From Alphaproteobacteria bacterium (lineage in GTDB: Bacteria; Pseudomonadota; Alphaproteobacteria; UBA7887): a DNA stretch of 64,000 nucleotides. Positions 59,913-64,000 of the stretch are shown here, one piece after another; the stretch's first letter is position 1; every line of letters begins with the position of its first letter. Position numbers and translations under genes: made by a program. The notes beneath the pieces were generated by a model that was not told the DNA's origin, did not search any database, and was given only the letters and a program-made list of their open reading frames with translations. The stretch lies in NCBI GenBank assembly GCA_965216755.1, contig CBDCGL010000011.1:2688001-2752000 (forward strand), read 5' to 3'.

Positions 59913-60842
59913 TTGCCTACACAGGACAATATCGATTGGAGCTTCGGCGGCACCTGGCCATACACCCCAAAATGGTTCGATTCGGCAGACGGCCGACTGC
60001 ACTATGTCGACGAGGGCCCACGCGAAGGACGGCCGGTCGTTTTGGTTCACGGCAATCCCACTTGGGGATATCTGTACAGGAATTTTATTGATCCGCTTGT
60101 CGAAGCCGGTCATCGCGTGATCGTACCGGACCACCTTGGCTTCGGACGTTCGGATAAACCGACCGACCGCGCGTTATATCGAATTCCACAACATGCAGAC
60201 CGTTTGGAGGCATTGCTCGAATCATTGGATCTCTCCAACGTGACAGTCGTCCCACAGGACTGGGGCGGTCCGATCGGACTTGCCTGGGCAGGACGACACC
60301 CCGAGCGAATTCAGGGCCTGTTCATTTTGAACACGTTCGCCCACAAACCGAGAACCGACTACAAGCCCCCCCTAGCACTCAGACTGTTTCGGACACCCGG
60401 AATTGGTGAGATTCTGGTTAAAGGTATGCACGTCTTTGTCCGCGGATTTCTCTTCGGACAAGGGATTGTCAAGCACGATCGGCTAACCAAGAATGTGCGA
60501 CAAGCCTATCTCACGCCACATCCGAATTGGTCGTCACGCACAGGGATATTGGTTTTTCCGCGAGAGATACCGGCCACGCCAACGGCACCACTCAGCCCGT
60601 TTCTAGCGGATGTCGAAGCTGGCCTTCTGCAACTTAGGGATCGCGCCGTTTTTATTGTATGGGCGATGAAAGACCCGGCGTTTAGGCCGGAATTCGTGGA
60701 GTTGCTTTGGAAAAACACTTTTCCTGATGCGGAGGTATTGAGACTGCCGAATGCCGGACATTACCTGCAAGAGGACGCTCATGAAGAAATCGTTCCTGTA
60801 CTGCTTGACTTCCTAGAATCGGCAAAAAAGTCCGCACCGTAG
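59913..60842 (+). CDS. Haloalkane dehalogenase-like (HLD-III/OleB-type) alpha/beta hydrolase
   Basis: LHYVDEG, HGNPTW, GFGRSDKP, QDWGGPIG, MKDPAF, AGHYLQED; TTG start uncertain. Confidence 0.87.
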   Translation: MPTQDNIDWSFGGTWPYTPKWFDSADGRLHYVDEGPREGRPVVLVHGNPTWGYLYRNFIDPLVEAGHRVIVPDHLGFGRSDKPTDRALYRIPQHADRLEALLESLDLSNVTVVPQDWGGPIGLAWAGRHPERIQGLFILNTFAHKPRTDYKPPLALRLFRTPGIGEILVKGMHVFVRGFLFGQGIVKHDRLTKNVRQAYLTPHPNWSSRTGILVFPREIPATPTAPLSPFLADVEAGLLQLRDRAVFIVWAMKDPAFRPEFVELLWKNTFPDAEVLRLPNAGHYLQEDAHEEIVPVLLDFLESAKKSAP

Positions 60843-61402
60843 AATAGGCTTTTTGCCAGGTGCGTCGACGAATTGTCATACAACTTTCGGGGGCCAAAGT
60901 TTGGAACCGATCCGGCAAGCCCGCTGTGCCGCAGATGTTCGGAGCGCGGGCCTGGTAAGCTCACCATTTGTGCCCAACAATCTAGGGTGACACGTGCTGT
61001 AACCCCTGACGTTCGCCCCTTAGGCAACCAACAATCGGCCAATGAACAGGTCGCAAAAGAACAACCCAAATGCGTCCTTGCTGCTTGTCCCCGTGGGGCG
61101 CAAGGTCCGGGTCTGATGCGACGAATAGCCCCTTGACCAGCAGCGCAATATGTCATTGTGCGGTGCCTTGAGAGAACCGCGAAGGAGGGGCCGACGCAAT
61201 AAAGGACGTTATTACAGTTAGATTGAAAGGCTGCGCGTCCTGTCCTTGGCATCGCCAGGCCAGTGTGACAACTGGGTGAGGCACCGACTTTCACGCCCCG
61301 TGAATTTGATTCAAACGTCCGGGCAGCTGCGAGCCACTCACAAACCAGCGATCAAGCTGCCCAAAACGTTGGCCGCCGACTTGCGGCTGGCGGCGCTGTG
61401 CC

Positions 61403-62287
61403 TCAGCTGAAGCGCCGGCCGACCATGGCCTCGGAATCGACCCCGGCGTAGAGGATCTCGCGTTTTCCTTCCATATCCCGCTGACAGCGCGCAAATTCTT
61501 CGTCAAGCAAGCGGCCCTTGGGCGGTTCGAGCAAGGTGAAATGACCGAAGCGGTCCTCGCCGCTGACCAATGAAACGATCGGCTTAAAGCCCGTTTGCTG
61601 CTTCATCGACGGTGTGATGTAACGAATGGCCGAGGCGATGCGCCGGTCATCCGACCGGTTGGGGCCGGACGCATGAAATAGATGCCCGTGATGCATGGAC
61701 ATCTGGCCAGCCCGCAGCTCGATAGCCACGGCCTCAGCCTCGTCGACCTCGACCGCGATCTCTTGGCCACGAGTCAACAGATTGTTCGCGGCAAAAGTGT
61801 CCACATGCGGCACGGCGCGCTCCAGGTGGCTGCCGGGCACAAAGCGCATGCATCCACTTTCGATCGTCGCTGGCGATAACGCCATCCAGCAAGTGACCTC
61901 TTCGACATCGTCGAGGCCCCAATAGGTCAGGTCCTGGTGCCATGAAACAATGTTGGGGCTTTGCGCCTCCTTGATGAACAAAGCCGCGCTCCAGACCATC
62001 AGGTCGGGCCCAAGCACTTGTCGCGCCGCTGCCACCAGCTTCGGGTGACGGATCAAGCGATCGAATGACGGCAGCAGCCGATCGGGGTAGGCGCGCAACA
62101 GGCCAAGGTGCTTGGGATCATCGGCGAGCTCCGCCTCGGCGGCCTCAAGGTCCGCCCGGATGGTGCGCGTCTCGTCCGGGTCGAGGATGCCAAACGGAAA
62201 GGCAAAGCCATCCCGATGATAGTTCGCCGCAAGCCCCGCCGTCGCGTTCGGTTCCCGCGCGGCATCGGCGGACCCTGGTGTTGCCAT
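61403..62287 (-). CDS. Phytanoyl-CoA dioxygenase (PhyH) family protein
   Basis: FIKE..VSWHQDLTYW, GCMRFVPGSH, HASGPN.S..RR. Confidence 0.9.
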   Translation of the reverse strand: MATPGSADAAREPNATAGLAANYHRDGFAFPFGILDPDETRTIRADLEAAEAELADDPKHLGLLRAYPDRLLPSFDRLIRHPKLVAAARQVLGPDLMVWSAALFIKEAQSPNIVSWHQDLTYWGLDDVEEVTCWMALSPATIESGCMRFVPGSHLERAVPHVDTFAANNLLTRGQEIAVEVDEAEAVAIELRAGQMSMHHGHLFHASGPNRSDDRRIASAIRYITPSMKQQTGFKPIVSLVSGEDRFGHFTLLEPPKGRLLDEEFARCQRDMEGKREILYAGVDSEAMVGRRFS

Positions 62288-62354
62288 ACTCACGATCCCG
62301 TCCTCCACATTATCATCAACGCATTGCACAACTTAGTATGGACGACTTTCGAAC

Positions 62355-62395
62355 ATCTACAAAATCGATATATTTGATACATTCATATCGATTTT
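62355..62395. promoter_or_regulatory. LysR/NodD-type operator (nod-box-like)
   Basis: Two overlapping ATC-N9-GAT motifs (62355-62369, 62364-62378) and an 11-bp IR AAAATCGATAT / ATATCGATTTT, between divergent phyH and lysR. Confidence 0.65.
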
Positions 62396-62408
62396 ACGGA
62401 TATTTGGA

Positions 62409-63332
62409 ATGCGCCTCAATCGCTTCGACCTGAACCAGCTTGTCTGCCTCGAGGCTTTGCTGACCGAATGCAGCGTTAGCCGGGCGGCTGCGCGGATCCA
62501 TCTCAGTCAGTCCGCCGTGAGCACGGTACTCGCCCAGCTGCGCGCGCATTTCGGCGACGCGCTGCTGGTCCGTTCGGGGCGCGGCCTGGTCCTGACGCCG
62601 TTCGCCCGGGATCTGATTCAACCGGTCAAGGAGCTACTGGTGCGCGCGCACGCGTTGACGGCGCTGAGCCCGGAACGCGCACCCGCCGACGTGGACCGGG
62701 ATCTGACCATCGCCGCGTCCGACTACACCATGGCGGCATTCATGGCCGATGCCATAAGACGGGCCAATCAGCGGATGCCCAATCTGCGGTTCGACATCTT
62801 GCCGCTGTCCGAACAGTCGGCAGGCCTGATGAATCGGGGTGAAATCGATCTGATGCTGGCCGGGCAAGCGCTGGTGGTGGGCCGCCCGCCCAATGCCACG
62901 GTGTGCGCGGATAACTACGCCTGTTTGGTCTCGGCCGACCATGACTTGCCCGATCAGGCGATGACCGTGGACTCCTATTTCGCGCGGCGCCATGTGGTGG
63001 TGCGCTACTTTGAATCGCAGCTGACATTCGCGGACGAGGACGCGTTGCGTCGACGTGGATTGCGGCGGCCCCGCCAGATCGCCGTTTGGTCTCACGCCCT
63101 AGTGCCGCAATTGATTTCCGGCACATCGATGATCGCGACGATCCCCCAGCGCATTGCCCAGCAATTCAGTACGCGCTGGCCGTTGAAGATCTATCCCTTT
63201 CCGTTCGCGACCGAGCCCATGCACGTATTTGCTTATTGGCATCCGAGCCGTGAGCATGACCCTGTGCTCAAGCATGTCATGTCGCTTGTCTCCGATGTCC
63301 TCGCCAAACCAAGTAACTCTGGCCTCCCATGA
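62409..63332 (+). CDS. LysR family regulator, NodD-like
   Basis: MRLNRFDLNQLVCLEALL.E.SVSRAA..IHLSQSAVS..L.LR.HFGD.L, IAASDY, WHPSREHDP. Confidence 0.92.
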   Translation: MRLNRFDLNQLVCLEALLTECSVSRAAARIHLSQSAVSTVLAQLRAHFGDALLVRSGRGLVLTPFARDLIQPVKELLVRAHALTALSPERAPADVDRDLTIAASDYTMAAFMADAIRRANQRMPNLRFDILPLSEQSAGLMNRGEIDLMLAGQALVVGRPPNATVCADNYACLVSADHDLPDQAMTVDSYFARRHVVVRYFESQLTFADEDALRRRGLRRPRQIAVWSHALVPQLISGTSMIATIPQRIAQQFSTRWPLKIYPFPFATEPMHVFAYWHPSREHDPVLKHVMSLVSDVLAKPSNSGLP

Positions 63333-63372
63333 GCCTTCGCGCGCGATCGGGCGCGTCGGTTTGCGAGTCGTG

Positions 63373-64000
63373 TCACTGCGTGGCATTGCCCACCCAGTCC
63401 GGTAACAGGCCGAGTTCGATGCCGAACACAGCCCGGACCGCGCTGTAGGTTATCGCCATCGTGACCACCAGCCCCGTAATGTTGGCCAAGACACCCGCGC
63501 GCACAAGCTGGGCAATGCGAATATATCCACTTGCGAACACCACGGCGTTTGGCGGCGTCGCCACCGGCATCATGAACGCGCAGCTCGCGGCCAGAACGGT
63601 GGGGAAGACAAGCAACAGCGGATTTTCGCCGAGACCAACGGCGACCGCAGCGACGATCGGCAGAAATGTGGCCGTGGTGGCGGTGTTGCTGGTCAGCTCG
63701 GTCAGCAGGATCATCAGCGCCACCACGCACAGGATGACGATAACCGTCGGCAGCCCCGCGAGACCACCGGTCTGACCGCCGATCCAATCGGCAAGGCCGC
63801 TGCCCTTGATGCCGGCGGCCAGAGACAAGCCACCGCCGAACAGGATCACGACACCCCAGGGCAGCTTGCTGGCCCAATCGCCACTCAGCACAAAGATGCC
63901 TTTACGCGGCTCGACCGGAACCACGAACATGGCCAGCGCGCCAAGGAAGGCGATCGCCGTGTCGTGCAGGGGGATGCCGGTGGCCTCCGTGATCATGGGC
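63373..64000 (-). CDS. SLC13/DASS family di/tricarboxylate or anion transporter, C-terminal part (truncated by the window)
   Basis: LPWGVVILFGGGLSLA, LTELTSNTAT, ASCAFMMPVATPPNAVVF. Confidence 0.92.
   Translation of the reverse strand, partial: PMITEATGIPLHDTAIAFLGALAMFVVPVEPRKGIFVLSGDWASKLPWGVVILFGGGLSLAAGIKGSGLADWIGGQTGGLAGLPTVIVILCVVALMILLTELTSNTATTATFLPIVAAVAVGLGENPLLLVFPTVLAASCAFMMPVATPPNAVVFASGYIRIAQLVRAGVLANITGLVVTMAITYSAVRAVFGIELGLLPDWVGNATQ

Noticed and set aside
61165-61200. Glycine riboswitch or group II intron 5' end (GAGAGA..GAAGG; GTGCG)
   Set aside because: No CTCTCAGG half and no downstream regulated gene in that orientation; no intron domain V or reverse transcriptase ORF

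Overview
GC-rich alphaproteobacterial chromosome segment, probably Rhodospirillales-like. This placement is inferred from the accA-xerD / aroK-aroB-corC / bolA-dnaJ-cobS-cobT / rpmB gene order and a GTTC-N7-GTTC SOS box. A conserved core (about 12.7-38 kb) carries accA, xerD, aroKB, cobST, rpmB, meaB-scpA and a LexA-controlled imuA-imuB-dnaE2 cassette. Accessory DNA on the left holds a polysaccharide-modification islet and a TRAP/lactonase operon. Accessory DNA on the right holds Fe(II)/2OG oxygenases, a secreted caspase-like protein, an acetylene-hydratase-like Mo/W enzyme, a double-module TPR nucleotide cyclase, a Liv-type ABC catabolic cluster, a haloalkane-dehalogenase-like islet and a NodD-like LysR. 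Best leads: (1) an acetylene hydratase homologue that keeps the catalytic Asp but has altered pocket residues and sits among O2-dependent oxygenases; (2) two dispersed hairpin elements sharing the 20-bp arm TTACGGTGACAGTTTACTAA around unrelated spacers, with stuttered ends; (3) an unannotated Arg-rich leader peptide with attenuator-like hairpins upstream of a GNAT gene; (4) a structured non-coding block at about 61.2 kb. No tRNA, rRNA, CRISPR array or intact transposase was recognised. All family calls come from reading motifs and from recalled reference sequences, not from database searches.
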